Numbered from the stretch's first letter, positions 26,901 to 39,989 are shown. The stretch: 64,000 bases of DNA from Vicugna vicugna (GCA_013265495.1 MU058687.1:4400093-4464092); one strand, 5' to 3'. Numbers and translations are program-made. Notes: generated by a model not told the origin, from the sequence alone.

Positions 26901-28208
26901 TTTCCAATTTTTTTAAAAATAAAAATTAATATGTATACATAGTATATAGGATGAGATTATGTTTTATTAAAGGCTGATTTTGAAATACAAGATTATCTTT
27001 GGAGAAAGTATCCTTTTCTTTCTTTCCTTAATGTTGTTTGGAAATTAGAATAGGAAAGATATGGCAAGTGTGCCTTTGTGTTGGAAGTAGCTAAAATTGC
27101 TCACTTTAACAATACAGTTCTGCCATCTGGGTTATTGCAAATTCTCCTAAATTGGTATGGTCTGTCCTGCTGGCTTGGAAAAGGCGCAACTAGTTCAGGG
27201 GAAAGGATTCAAGATGCAGTTAAGGGATTTTTTTTTTTTTTGGTGAGATTTTGTTTAATTATCACTGCAGTAGAATGGCTGGCCAAAGTCAGAAATCTTT
27301 TATTTCTGCTCAGTGAGCAGCCCAATAAAGCTTCAGTACAAACAAATGCCATTTCATTTTTTTCCTTCTCTTAAAAAAGTTAATCAAGAATTTATTTTTT
27401 AGAATAATCCTGTGTTAAATCAGGCAGCCAGACAATGAAATTGGAATTAAAGAAAATGAAATGGTGGGAATTATCATAAAAATATTAAAATCTGTCAAAA
27501 GCCCTACCAAGGGAATTGGTTAATAAGCACCTAAAATTTATTGCCCTCTGGGTTCTCTTTTCACTGGCTTCTTTACGGTTCTTCAGTTTGCTCCCATCGA
27601 CACCACTTTACAGACACCCGTTTTAGCTATGAAGGTGGCCAGTAGACTTGAGAGCAAAGCAAGGCTGTGGCAGTAGCCAGGAAGTCAGGAAGGGTCTGGG
27701 TTAATATGGATTAGGATCAAGGATTTTAGCAGGTGAATGAAGCCAGTTTGCATGGTGACCCTCCGTCACTTGAGGCCTGCCAAGTATTCCTGCTAGAAAA
27801 ACAACTGAAGGATTTGAAATGACACATTCATCCAGTTTTCCCAAATCCTTTATTTCTGAGGAGTACCAGGTCTTAGAGATACGGCCATAGACTTGGGGAA
27901 GTCCGTTTGCTCCTCGCATCTTGGGACCTGCGGTCTGGGACAGCCCTGCTGTCCCTGTGGGTAGGCCGCTCTCCTGTGAGGCCGCCGCGGGCTGTGGATG
28001 GCTGCCCTCCTGCAGACGGCAGAGAACGTCGCAGCTCTTTGTGAGTGTGTACCGGCTGCCTCCCCTGCGGATTCCAGGTCTATAAAGCATGGTGAAAAGA
28101 TCTTTTCCGTCTCTGATGGCATGCCAGTGTGGGGTTGAGAGACATTCATTTCCACTGCGGGAAATTTAAAGTTACCATGTGAAGGATCTTTTCTGATTGT
28201 ATCTTGAC

Positions 28209-28420
28209 TAAAGGATTTCTCTACCTCAGCACTAGTGACATCTTGGACGAGATGATTCTTTGTTGTGGAGCAGTCCTGTATGTCAAAGGATGTTTAGCAT
28301 CACCCCTGGACTCTCCTCACCAGATGCCAGTAACACCTTCTCCCAGTTATGACAACAAAACATGTCTCTAGACCAGATGTCCCCTGGGGAGGCAAAATTG
28401 CTCCTGGCTGAAAACCACTA
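28209..28420 (-). mobile_element. MER20 (hAT-Charlie MITE), full length
   Basis: 'cccagttatgacaacaaaacatgtctctagaccagatgtcccctggggaggcaaaattgctcctggctgaaaaccact'; ~210 bp fits MER20. Confidence 0.9.
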
Positions 28421-28629
28421 CCTTAAGATTTTGTGCCCTTTGAAATAAGACCACTGATTTTTTTTCCATCCTAATTACGCTCAGTAAGGCGAGACCTCCT
28501 TTTGAGACAGACTTCCAGCATAAATCCCTGATTCTTTTTGAGAAAACCTACTGCATTTTCCTCTTTAACGGTGTCCTCAAATGTAAAATAGGAATTTGAT
28601 GGAAGCAGTAGCTGTATGCACATATTTTT

Positions 28630-28840
28630 GGGGCAAAGTCCCCTGAGTTCGTTAACAACTTGCTACCAACTTGGCCAAGTGACTTCACAGTTTTAAGTCG
28701 CCCTTTCTGTATCCGTGAGATGATTGAAATGACAGTTGTACCTTTTTCACAGTTGTCGCGGTGATGATTAAATGAGATAGAGCAGTGAAAGCATATAACG
28801 CAATGCCTGGCATGTGTTCAGTGCTTGATAAATATTTTTT
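28630..28840 (+). mobile_element. MIR SINE
   Basis: 'ttggccaagtgacttcac...gattaaatgagata...aatgcctggcatgtgttcagtgcttgataaat'. Confidence 0.7.
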
Positions 28841-28993
28841 ATTCTACCTATACCATCAAATAAAAGTAGTTATTACTATAGCTGATAAAACTTTGGAAAA
28901 ATCAGTTGGCTCATTATTATTAAGCAAACTTTTACTTTTTTCTTGACCACACTTTTTTAAATCTCAGAAAGTAGACTTGCAAGTGTGTGGGTG

Positions 28994-28996
<3 letters not shown>

Positions 28997-29028
<32 letters not shown>
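28997..29028. repeat. (AC)16 microsatellite
   Basis: Perfect run. Confidence 0.97.
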
Positions 29029-29030
<2 letters not shown>

Positions 29031-30054
29031 AGTCTGATGAGCTCTCTGATTTTACACTCTGCCTTTGGACAAATCCCGGACGTTTGATTAGCTTTTCTAG
29101 CTTTTTCTGCTTTTGCTCTCACTGTTCCCAGCTTTTTCCTCCCACTCTTTCCTCCTGGAGCCACCATCAGATGAAGCACATATCATCTTCTTGATTTGCA
29201 GCCCTTGCGCCAGTGAGAAAACTCCTGTAGTGGCTTTTGATTTTGTGCCTCATTACTTAGGTCTCCTCATAAACACCATGGCATCTTAAAAAAGAAACCA
29301 AAAAAAAAAAAATCAAAAACAAAACAGCAGCTTTGGGGGGGGGGCAGAGTTTTATCAGATCTGTGTCTGTAATGGCACAGAAATGTAGGAAATGAGAAAG
29401 ATCCCTTTTTTGGTATGTTTTATTTTTGCTGCAGAAGCAAAGTGACCTTGAGGGAGCACTGGCTCCATGCTAGCTTTTCATGGCGTTGCCCACACCCCTC
29501 CTCCTTCACCTCCTCCTGCTCCCCTTCCGGCCCCACGACAACCCAGCCAGCGATCACTCTTGCCCTCCTGCTCCAAATTTATGACCAAGAACAGGCCGTA
29601 AACAGAGAGGGCCAATCCTAATCCTGGGCACTGCACCTTCCTGTTTGCTGGAGGCACGACAGCTTGATGGGACCATAAAGAACCAGCCTGCATCCCACTC
29701 ACCCCATGAATCAGGCCCTCTGAGAATGACCTGGCGGGGGGGAGCTGCCGGGGGTGCAGATGACTCAGAGCCCAAGACTGGGCTTCCCTAAGCTGCCTGG
29801 AGACAAGGCTCCCCGAGGATATCCTCTCCATGGTGTGGCCTGACACTTCCAAGTAGTCTCACGACTGAGAGACCTCACCAGCTCACAGATGCGCAGGGAG
29901 CAGCCTTTTTAAGGGATCCCTGTGAAATGGCCAAGGCCACTCCCGCTTACTGGTGCTCAGAGAATTGCCAGGGTACCGCCTGGAAAAGCTCTCCCACAGG
30001 AAATGTTTGAGGAGTAAGGACACACCTTTCACAGATACCTTCTTCCTCTGTTAG

Positions 30055-30206
30055 TTGCCTCTCAGTGTGTATGTGTGAGAATCACCAGGGTGGTCTTGTT
30101 CAGTTACTGATTCATTTGGTCTGGTGGGGACTGAGAATCTGCATTTTCATAAGCCACCAGGTGAGGCTGATGCTGTTCATCTTTCAGCCACATTGTGAGT
30201 AGTGAG
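30055..30206. mobile_element. MER5A-like MITE
   Basis: 'agaatcaccaggg...ctgagaatctgcattttcataagccaccaggtgaggctgatgctg'. Confidence 0.75.
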
Positions 30207-30770
30207 ATCCTAGAGGGTCTGAGAGCTTTCTTTTCCTTCTACCTCTTTTCCCATCCTGGAATTGTTTCTTTTGGAGTGGAACTTGCTAGCTTTTATAGGA
30301 AAGAGCAGTGATCTCCCCAGTTGGTTTTGGGCAAAACAAACTTCCTGTGTGCTTAGGAAATATTAGGAACTCTCAGAACTACAGACATCTAGTTATTACT
30401 GAGCTTACTTTCCATCCCCTAATATGATTTAAAAAAATTCTCCTGGTCAGTGACCTTCTGGGTTCTTCTCAGGTCACTGCTGCAGGTGAGGGGTCTCAAC
30501 CCCGCACTGTGGAGAGCAGCCCTGGGAGGCTGAACGTTTGCACGTGTGCATGAGGTCTGGAAGGAGTCCTTTTCTTCCACGAGGAAGGCCCGTAAGCTGA
30601 CATTAGCGAAGAGTAAGTATGCTTGTGGCTCAAGGATTTAATCCTAAGACGTGCTCCCAGACAGGAAAACATTCCCGTGGGTCTGCCTAAATGAAAAATG
30701 CTGTAGACCTAACTCAGCTTTACTTCTCTAGCAAACGCTTCCCTTCATGCTTTTACCAATATATGTGATA

Positions 30771-30806
30771 TTTATTTATTCATTCATTCATTCATTCATT
30801 CATTCA
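30771..30806. repeat. (TTTA)/(TTCA)n tetranucleotide repeat
   Basis: Directly visible; possibly an L2 tail. Confidence 0.85.
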
Positions 30807-31114
30807 ATATATATGCACTATTGATTGTTTCTAAGAAGTCTGGAGCTTTTGCTTTTTAACCTGATGGAGTTAAATGATATGTGACTTGACTCTGTGGAGA
30901 CACAGGGTCACGCAGTGGAACAAGCACGGGGTCTGATTCCGACAACGTGGGCTCAACTCTCGGGCCACCTGTTGGCTGTGCAGCCTGGCTGTGGCTACTT
31001 CCCTCCCTGAGCCTAAAAAGTTATTCTCCCAGATTACTTTGGAGCAGTTCAGACCTGGCAGGAGTTAAATGTTTTAAGTTACAGCCTTGAGAAAAGTTAA
31101 TTTGGGATGGCCGA

Positions 31115-32200
31115 TAAACCTAAATGCACAGCTAAAATTATTAAGCTTCCAGAAGAAAATACAGGGAGATATCTTTGTGACCTTGAGGTAGACAACAGTT
31201 TCTTGGAGAGAACACAGAAGCACTAAGCAGTAGATGGGTGTTCATCCAAATTAAAATTTTCTGCTCTTTGAAGAATATCCTTAAGAAAATTAGAGGATGA
31301 GGTGCAGCCTGGGAGAAAATGTCTTCAAGATACGTATCTGAAGACAGCCTGGTTTCAGAATATATAAAGGTCGCCTATGAATCATTCATAAAAAACTAGT
31401 AAACACTGGGCAAAGGAATTGACCTCATAAAAGAAAACAGACAGATGGCCAGTGGGCTTATGAAAAGATGGTCCGCATCGTTAGTCATTAGGGAAATTAA
31501 AATCACAGTGAGGTCTCATTTCATAATCAGGAAAATGATTAAAGTTAGAAAGACTGAAGACACCAGGTATTGGTGAACATTGGGAGTGCTGGAATTCTCA
31601 TCCGCAGCAGGTAGGAATGAAAACTGGGATGACTGCTTTGGAAAATCCTCCGACAGTTTCTAATACTAAAATTAAGCTTAGTTTATCTAAACTAAGACCC
31701 AGCAAGTTCACTTATAGGTATTTATCCAAAAGAAATGGAGACGTATATAATCAAAAATACTTACATAAAAACATTTGTAGTAGCTTTATAATATCCTCAA
31801 AAGCCTCAAAGGAAACATGCCAGGTGTCCACCAGCAGGAGAATGGATAAACACAAGATGATGTATTCATATGGTGGAATACTGATAGTCAATAAAAAAGA
31901 ATGTACTGTGACTAAATGCAACATGAACGTATCTCGAAACCTGTGTATTATATGGGGGAGAAACATGAAAGAGTACATATTACATAGTTCCATTTATATA
32001 AATGGAACTTATGAACAGCCAACACCAATTGGCATTAGGAATCAGAACACTGGTTACCTATGAGAGACCTTTCTGGGACGATAGGAATGTCCTGTATCAT
32101 GATGAGAGTACTGGTTTCATGGATCTGTTGATTTGCTAAAACTCATTCAACTGTATACTTAAAATCATGTGTTCTATTCTAGGTCATTTTACCACAAATC
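31115..32200 (+). mobile_element. Old L1 (L1M class): decayed ORF2 3' end plus 3' UTR
   Basis: 'ccagaagaaaatacagggagatatctttgtgaccttgaggtag', 'cttataggtatttatccaaaagaaatgga', 'gaatggataaacacaagatg', 'ctaaaactcattcaactgtatacttaaaa'; frameshifted, no intact ORF. Confidence 0.92.
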
Positions 32201-33379
32201 TATATATATTTAATACATAATAAATACGTAAGTCATACATATATGAATCATAATCATATACATAATCAGATACATAAATTTTGAATTATTCTTGATTCTA
32301 GGAGAGTCTCTCTGAGCCAGATTATTTACTTTATTCTTTCCCTCCATCAGAATTTCTGCTCTGCAGCTGGCCATCATCTAGACAAGAGAGAAATAGAGAT
32401 ATTACAGTAAACTAAAGCCCCTTAATTAATTATGTGTATATAAAGACCTAATATGAATCACTAATAAAAAAACAGTAAAAGTTGGGCAAAATAATTTTGT
32501 GTCTTTCAAAAGCCTGTACCTTCCCCTCTAGGTAAGTTATTCCACTGTGAAGCCTCTCCAGGGGGAATCTGTAACAACTGCCCTTTATCTCTCAGTTTCT
32601 GCACTTTGGCTTTCTGATCCCTGTCTTGTCCTGGATTATCTGCTGTAGAATAGAATTGATGGCCCTTTCCACTTCAGTTGGGCTCTTCATTCAGATTTTT
32701 CCTTGCACATTATAAGCTCTAATTCATTAACATCATCATAAAATGGTAATGTCCTGTGAGAAGGAGAGGTGATGGCACCAATTAAAATAATCTTCTTGTA
32801 GTCGCACATCAAATCAATGTCAGTGCAAACACTTGAACCAAGAATTGATGCTTCCTCATTCCTCTGCCAGATTGATAGCGGCACGGTGGTTAAAACAGAG
32901 ATGAAGCCCTGGTCCACGCTTACAGTATGTGCCATGCTGCACTTGGCACATGGATCTGCTAAGAGCAGGGACAAGAAAGGAGAAGAAATGGACCTGGCCT
33001 AGACATAGACTTTATAAGCAATACATACCATTTGTCTTAAAATAGCCATAAGGATGTCTATTAAAAATATTCATGCACTCATTCATAGGATTTCAGGGCT
33101 GGATTGCAGCTCAGTCTTTTGATTGTTGACTTAATTGAAACCCAGATCAATGTGCCCAAGGTCATCTAGCTTGTTTTTTCCCAGATCCGCTGACTCCTAG
33201 CCCTGAGCTGTTCCCACTGCAGTCTTCATGTGTTCCAGATCACATGAGAGATTTCCCTCTTCCTTGCAACTATTCTGTATTTTTTTTAAGTTGTAGCCTT
33301 TAAGAAGCATTTAAATACATTGTTTCATGTGGGCATGGGGTATTAAATAAATAATACAAACATTATCTCACACTGCAAC

Positions 33380-33650
33380 AAGTCTAATAGTAACTGACAG
33401 TTGAGGAGTAGGCATTCTGTGCCCAGTACTCTTTTGAACATTTCACCTGCATGAATTCATTTAATTCTCATGGTATCCTGCTGTGTTGCTATACTACTGG
33501 GGATACTGTTGTTAGTCCTCATTTTACAGTTGCAGAAGCTGAAGCCTAGGGAGGTTTAAAACCTGCCTCAAATGCAGTTTGCAAATGAGTGCAGGACTGG
33601 AGATGCAGAATGTTGCTTCTAGCTACCACACCTCTCTGACCTGCTTCCTC
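33380..33650 (-). mobile_element. MIR SINE
   Basis: 'ttcatttaattctca...cctcattttacagttgcagaagctgaagcctagggaggtttaa'. Confidence 0.75.
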
Positions 33651-35542
33651 TCTGTAGGGGAGAGATAGAGAAGATTATTTCCTCTGGAAAAAGAACTAAA
33701 ATTTCTCCATGAAGTAAACCTATGAGTGACTAATGAATGTGTATGATCACTGCTGAGATTAAATAGACAGTTGTCACTGTACAACGTGGTTTATTTCCTT
33801 TGAATTTTCACAACTCAATGAGATGGTGTTATTGTTTGCATCCCCTGATTACATGTGAAGAAACTAAGGCCTGCAGCATTAAAGGACCATGCCTGTGGCC
33901 ACACAATGGGGAAGAGTGTGAACCCGGACAGGCTGGCTCCTGGGGCCCCTTCCCCTGCAGAACTACAGAGATGCTGAAATAAAATGACATTTGTTTGGTC
34001 CAGCTCTAATTGATGAGATACTAAACAGAGAATACATTAAATGAAATTTCACTGGAGAAATATTTGCACTTAGCTATTTCTGAGCTGGAGTCTTTGATTT
34101 GATATAGACTACCTTTGTTTTTATGGCACTGGCATCAAGCCGATTTCAGAAAGAACTGGCTTTTCTCCAAGGTCTCCTTGGGTAGTGTGACCTGAAACAT
34201 TTCGTGGTTTAAGCCAGTAATTCGCAAGGAAAGGTAGCACTGGGAGGGATGGCAGTGCCCTCCCAGGGGAGGTGTCAACATCTGGGAGACAGGGAGGTGA
34301 GGCTGGGGGAGGCTTATTCCAAACACAAAGCAGAGCTGGAGGATTGGTTTTGAACTTGACCTAGAACTTGCTCTTCCATCTCCCCTAGATAGGGTGGAAA
34401 AGTTTGCATCAGGCAAGCAGAGTCAGCATTCACACTGGTATCTTGTGACTGGAATTAAAAAAAAAAGTTTCCTTTTCTAAAGTTGTTTTGGTTTTGATTT
34501 GTTTTTAGTCACAATTTTTAAGTTATTTAATTTTTAATGCTTTGTAAGTGAGTGTTGGGATTTTGTTTCAGAGGAACACTCTTTTTAAATTTGAGGAAAA
34601 CTGGTTTAAACAGAGATAGGAGTAGCAACCATTTCCCCATCCGTGGTGTGGACGTGTTGAAAAGAAGTCCTGGTCGTGCCTCTGAGATGTTTTGAAGACC
34701 CACTCATCCAAAGCAAATTCTGTGCATTTGTTGGGACTTCAAAATCACGGGAAGTGTTTCTAGGGAATCTACACCCTCAGTAGGAGGAAGAAATTATTTC
34801 TAGAATAAAACTCAGATAAGCCTTGGGTTAAGAAACTCGTAGTACACGTTGTTACAAAGAACTAAGGCTGACTTTTTGGAACACCAGCTTCCCAGAACAG
34901 CTGAGACGTGTGAATTCTCGTTTATAAACTCCATAGTCTCTCGTAGTTACCCTGGACTGATTTTTGACTTGTAGAGAGTCAGAAATGTGGGCTACACTCT
35001 GCACAAGTCTGTGTCCTGGTAAGCTGAGACAGAAAGCTCATTTGGGTTTGAACTTGGATTATCTGACTCCAGAGTTCATGATCAGCCATGATGCTACAAT
35101 GCATTGAATAATGAGGGCATCTGTTTTATATTGGATGGTCAGGAGGTGACTCTCAAAAGAAAAATCATGAAAGCTGAAACTGGAAATACAAAGTCTTGCA
35201 GGTGGAGTGTGTGTATGTGTGGTTTTTATGTTTGTATCATGTGTGTGATGTGTATGTGTGTGTGTGTATTGTGTTTGGAGTAGAGCAGGAAGCTAACAGT
35301 ATTCTAGCAGAGGAGGCAGCATGTGTGATGGTCCTAAGGAAAAAGAGATTGGGAGTGAGAAGAGAGATGGAGGTTTGGACAATTCAAATGGAAAGGCCAG
35401 TGAACTGAAGGCTGAAAGCTTATGGTAGAAGTGGAGATACATGTGAGGTTGGGGTGGTGTAGGGTCAGGGGCAGAACCACAGGGTTTTATATGCCAAGTT
35501 TGGAATGTAGAGTCATTGAAAACTTTTAAACAAAAGTTACCT

Positions 35543-35675
35543 GGGAAGAGGGTGGGTATAGCTCAGTGGTAGAGCACACGCTTAGCATGCCCAAGGTTCT
35601 GACTTCAGTCCCCAGTACCTCCATTAAACAAACAAACAAACAAACCTTATTTACCCCCAAAACAACAAGAAGAAG
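35543..35675 (+). mobile_element. tRNA-derived SINE, camelid Vic-1-like
   Basis: tRNA-like head 'gggtatagctcagtggtagagcacacgcttagcatg' (A box), decayed B box, 'ccccagtacctcc', (CAAA)n and 'aaccttatttacccc' tail; exact 9-bp TSD AAGTTACCT at 35534-35542 and 35676-35684. Confidence 0.88.
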
Positions 35676-36885
35676 AAGTTACCTAATTCAATTGAAATTA
35701 AAAAAAAAATCACTTTTGCTGTCAGGACATGAGAGTCTGTGGCTCTTGAAGTTGCTCAGGCAAGAGATGAAGGAGGCCTGGCCTTGGACGGATGGCAAGG
35801 CTCTGTGTGTGGTCTGCCATGACCGAGCTTCCAGGATGGCTGTCTCCCATTTCATTGCCCTTAGGGCTTCCATTCCCCACAAGAGAGTTTTTAACTTAAA
35901 AACTTCAGACAAATTTGTCCCATTTGGGGAGTCGCCCTCTGTGGAAGGAACCCTACTCCAGCATGCTTCCTGGTCAGAATACACTACTGGAAATGCTGAG
36001 AATCGAGGCCGTGTCAGAGCCAGCCCTGAAAGAGGAACACACTGAGGATTCTAGGTGCTCAACATGGAAAATTTACTCTGAAGACTTGGAAGTAGGGCCA
36101 ATGCTACTTATAGATTTTCTTTTGGACAGCCTGAACTTTTTTATTAAGAGATTTTTTCCCCCCTTAACTTCCTTGTCCATGGATATCTGACAGCAACAGT
36201 TTGGGATGGTACAAAAACAAAAATAATAGCGCCTTTCTGAAGGAGTCTCCTGTCTGCTGAAGGCTATCTAAGTAGAGAACAAAATATAGTATTTGCTGGA
36301 AAGGTAAACAGATGTTATTTTGATTCTTTTTTGTGAGATTTAGGGTTCAGTTCAAGGAGATGATCTATGTCAATACAGTGGTGGCTTGGAGCTGCACATG
36401 TCTCTAGCAGTCACTCCCAAATGCACCATGTTGCACTAGTATGTGGGATTCCACTAACCTCTGCCCACCACTGTGACTTCTTGGGACCCCATCTTTTCCT
36501 TCAAGACACATACAGACAGCTTCGGCATTAACTGCCCCTGGGTCCATTCCACCAAAACAGAACTTTATAATCCTTTCCCCTTCTTCCTTATTCATAAGAA
36601 GACCACGTTTTGTAGGAATCCAAGACAGGTAGATCACAGTAATGCTATACTCCATTATAATAATAGTTGTTATTTAGTAAGCTCCTTCTGTTTGCCAGGA
36701 TTGGGCCAATTGCTATATTCATCATCTTATTTAGTCCTCAGTCCCCAGAGCTTTAAAGGAAAGTAATGTTACTGTGTTGTACAGAGGAGGAAATGGGAGC
36801 TAAAGCAACCTTGGCTTGGTGGTGATCGAAGCAAGTGATGCAATCTCCTCATTGTACCCTGCGCAGGTCTAACCACATGGGGGAA

Positions 36886-36962
36886 TTGTGTTAAGAGCTG
36901 AGTAACACATTTTAAAGGAAACATTGGAGAATGAAGAAACGTCAGGAGGAAACATCCAAGAC
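36886..36962 (+). mobile_element. L3/CR1 LINE fragment 1
   Basis: 'tgtgttaagagctgagtaacacattttaaaggaaacattggaga...gtcaggaggaaacatccaag' resembles the CR1/L3 ORF2 3' region. Confidence 0.5.
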
Positions 36963-37599
36963 GATTTAATTAAATCTATATACATTTCTCATGTGTGATA
37001 TGACACGCCTGAAAATTCACACAGCTCATTAGGGGAGCTAGAGCAGTGTTTATGCATTAACATTCTTACCTCAGTAGAAGAGAAAAAAAAGGATGTGTGG
37101 GAATAGATGGAAGGACCATCATACCTGTCCCAGGAAATGAACTGGGTCCTGAATGAGTTGATTTTAGGTAGAGAAAGGTAGGCTGGCATTGGGTGCATTC
37201 TAGGCTAAGTAAACAGCATGTATGAGAATTCAGAGACAGAGAGGCCAAATTTGGGGGCTTCAGGCCATTTAGGGTGGCTGGAGCTCAGTGCACAGGTTAG
37301 GGGGTGCAGAGACACAAGGCTGCAGAAATGAGCAGGGAGAGGATCATTAAGGGTCTTGAGAAGTTAAGGAGTTTGTACCTTATCTAAGGTCTCTGGAGAC
37401 GGGTATGCAGGGTAAAGGTATCCTATGATTTTATTTGGCTTCAGTGTAGAGAATAAGCGTGGATTTGGCGGGGGGTGTTGGAGGTTTCTGCAGTAATCCA
37501 GGTGGGAAATGATGGTGGTCTTAATGTCACAACAGTGGGAATAGGTAAAAGAGCACAGATATGAAAGATTTTAATCAGGCAGATGCCTGGAAACAAGGG

Positions 37600-37790
37600 T
37601 ACATAGGGATATTTAACGTTTAAAAAGTATTTAGAGGATTGTCACGTGGAAGAGGGCAGTGATTTATTCTGTTCATTCACTGAGGACATAGTAAGGATTA
37701 AGTGGAGAATATATTTTAACTTCAGTACAGTAAGGTGGTCCAAAATTTGAAAGCCAAAATTTATCATCCATCACTGAATGTGTCCAAGCA
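37600..37790 (+). mobile_element. L3/CR1 LINE fragment 2
   Basis: 'aagtatttagaggattgtcacgtggaagagggcagtgatttattctgt...ccatcactgaatgtgtccaagca'. Confidence 0.6.
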
Positions 37791-39890
37791 TTTTATTTTA
37801 ATTCATGACATGTTTAAATGCTTTGTGAGTGCTGTAGATTGGGTAACAGTGCCCTGGACTGAGACTGAGATTTTGAGATAACCAACAGCTAATTAAAATG
37901 AGTAGAATACATGTTGTTGCTATGAAGAAAGAGCTATGGAAATTCATTCTGTGTAGGGTCGAGGGGCGTTGTTAGCTGAGGTGGTGGAAACCAGCTGAGG
38001 AGTCAGTCAGAAGGAAAATTTGTGTGGTATCCGGAGGAATCTTCAGGGAGTTGCCCAGGGAACATTTGGAAATATGAATCTAGAGCTTAGAAAGTCATCA
38101 GGGCTGGGGGATTATATTGCAGAGTTTTCACTGCAAGCAAGTATCATCAAAGCAAAGTCCTCAGAAGATGGGCAGATAATATAGACAAGTGGACAAGGCA
38201 TAATACAATAAGGAGTCCTGAGGACTGTGGAAAATTGGAAAGCAAATGACTTTTCCAAAAGGCACTGCTGCTGCTCAGCTCTGATAGATTGTTACCATGT
38301 AGGAAGGTTAGCCTGTGTTGCCAGATCTCTGTACTTTCTAAATGAAAACAAAAACTTGGCTGTTTGTGTTTTCAATTACATTTTTTCCACACTGTATATA
38401 TTTGATTTAATTATGATCCAGATTGTCAGATTGCCTTGTATGTTTTAAGGTGATTGTTGAAGTTATGTGTACGAATTTTCCCAAGTGAGATGAGCACTGG
38501 TTCGTATACACTGATAATCCTTCTCAAATGGGTAATCAAATCTTATTTGACATGCAGCCATTCCTTTTTCTACATCTGAGGATTCATGCTGCCATAGTGA
38601 GGTCTGAGGAGGTGATGTGGTGCATTATAAAGCAAGGTACAAAAGACAAAGACAGATAAAAACATGATGTTAACTCGAGCCCAATGATGATTTGGTTGTC
38701 TGCAGAGTAATCATGTACATAGGGTGATAACTGTGGATGTGTTTTCAGACATCAGAAGGCATTGCTTTCCTATCTTAGTGCTTGTGTTATAATTAATGTG
38801 GATTTAATCCCTGCAAATGTGCTGCTTCATATCCCAGCACCCAAGATGGTACTGAAAACGAAATGGTTTAAGAATCAGTGCAGAGAACAGGGACCAAAGA
38901 TGAAATCCTGAGTAACAACATTAGGATGAGTGAGGAGGATGATGAAAAAGGTAGGCTTTAGAGTGAGCCAAGAGGAGATCACCAAAACCAAGAGGGCAGA
39001 GAGCTTCAAGAAGACGGCTAAATTCTGATACATTATGCAGATGAAAAGTGGTGAAGCCATTGGTTCCCAAAGGTGGAGGCCTATGATGACTCGTGAGAAG
39101 GCACTCTAAGGAGAAGAGCTGTCAAGATTCCAGTTGCTGTGCCCTGGGCAGTGAACGGGTTCAATGAATAGAGTGATTGCAGACTGCTCTTTTGGTAAGT
39201 TTGGCAGCAAAGAGAAGAAGCGAGGCAATGGTGTTCCAAGGATGAAGCAAGGTTAAAGAAAGATTTTACTTTTTTTTAAAATGGAGTAAAATTGATAATA
39301 TATTGAGATGAGGAAAGTGATAATTGATGAAGCAAGGTATGGAATGAGGCATAAAATGGAGAGATCAGAATTAAAGCAATTGAGAATTTTCTTCCTTTCA
39401 GACAAGTGAAAGTATGAATCTTTTGAGGTAGCAGAGAGGAAAAGTGAGGGAGCTTATGTCTGATGACTCCACATTTTCTCGGAGGGACAATATGAAGGAA
39501 AGGGTTTATAGAGAGGTGTGGGCTAGAAAAAAATGGAAACAAGTTTAGAACATTTGCTGTAGGGAATTTATCAGGGGTGAATAAAAGGAATGTTGAGATT
39601 TGAACTGAGGTTGGAAACCATTTAGTAGCCATGATCAGCAAGGCTGGGAACATTTCCCGAACAGTATCAGGGAGCCCGGGAAGAGGAAGGGAAGAAGGGA
39701 GGATTTGGTTTGCTCCAGCACTGGAGAATCCATCCAGATGCAGAAGAAGATCAAAGGGATTTGAAAAACTAAGCAACAGCTACATGGCAGGTAGATAAAT
39801 GGCCAATGGAACACAGGCTTGGGAAGGAAGTAAAAGGAGTCAGGAGAGGGCACATTTGCTGAGAGAAAAGAGAAAGTCCCTGGGAAACTA
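37791..39890 (-). mobile_element. Long degenerate L2 (interrupted)
   Basis: L2 reverse-strand phrases ('ttggaaatatgaatctagagcttagaaag', 'cagagaacagggaccaaagatgaaatcctgagtaacaac', 'agactgctcttttggtaagtttggcag'). Confidence 0.55.
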
Positions 39891-39899
39891 TTTTTCTTG

Positions 39900-39989
39900 G
39901 ATTTTGGAATGAGGGATTCTTGCCTTAGGTGAGACTTTGATCTGAGTGACCTCTGAGGTCCCTTCTAATCCCGAGATTCTTTTATTCTA
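39900..39989 (+). mobile_element. L3/CR1 (or MIR3) 3' terminus
   Basis: 'gagggattcttgccttaggtgagactttgatctgagtgacctctgaggtcccttctaatcccgagattcttttattcta' matches the CR1/L3 3' end. Confidence 0.7.

Noticed and set aside
31617..32063. 148-aa ORF
   Set aside because: Lies within a decayed, frameshifted L1 3' region; not a gene.
35551..35625. tRNA-like sequence as a tRNA gene
   Set aside because: Decayed T-arm/B box, A-rich tail and TSD show it is a SINE head.
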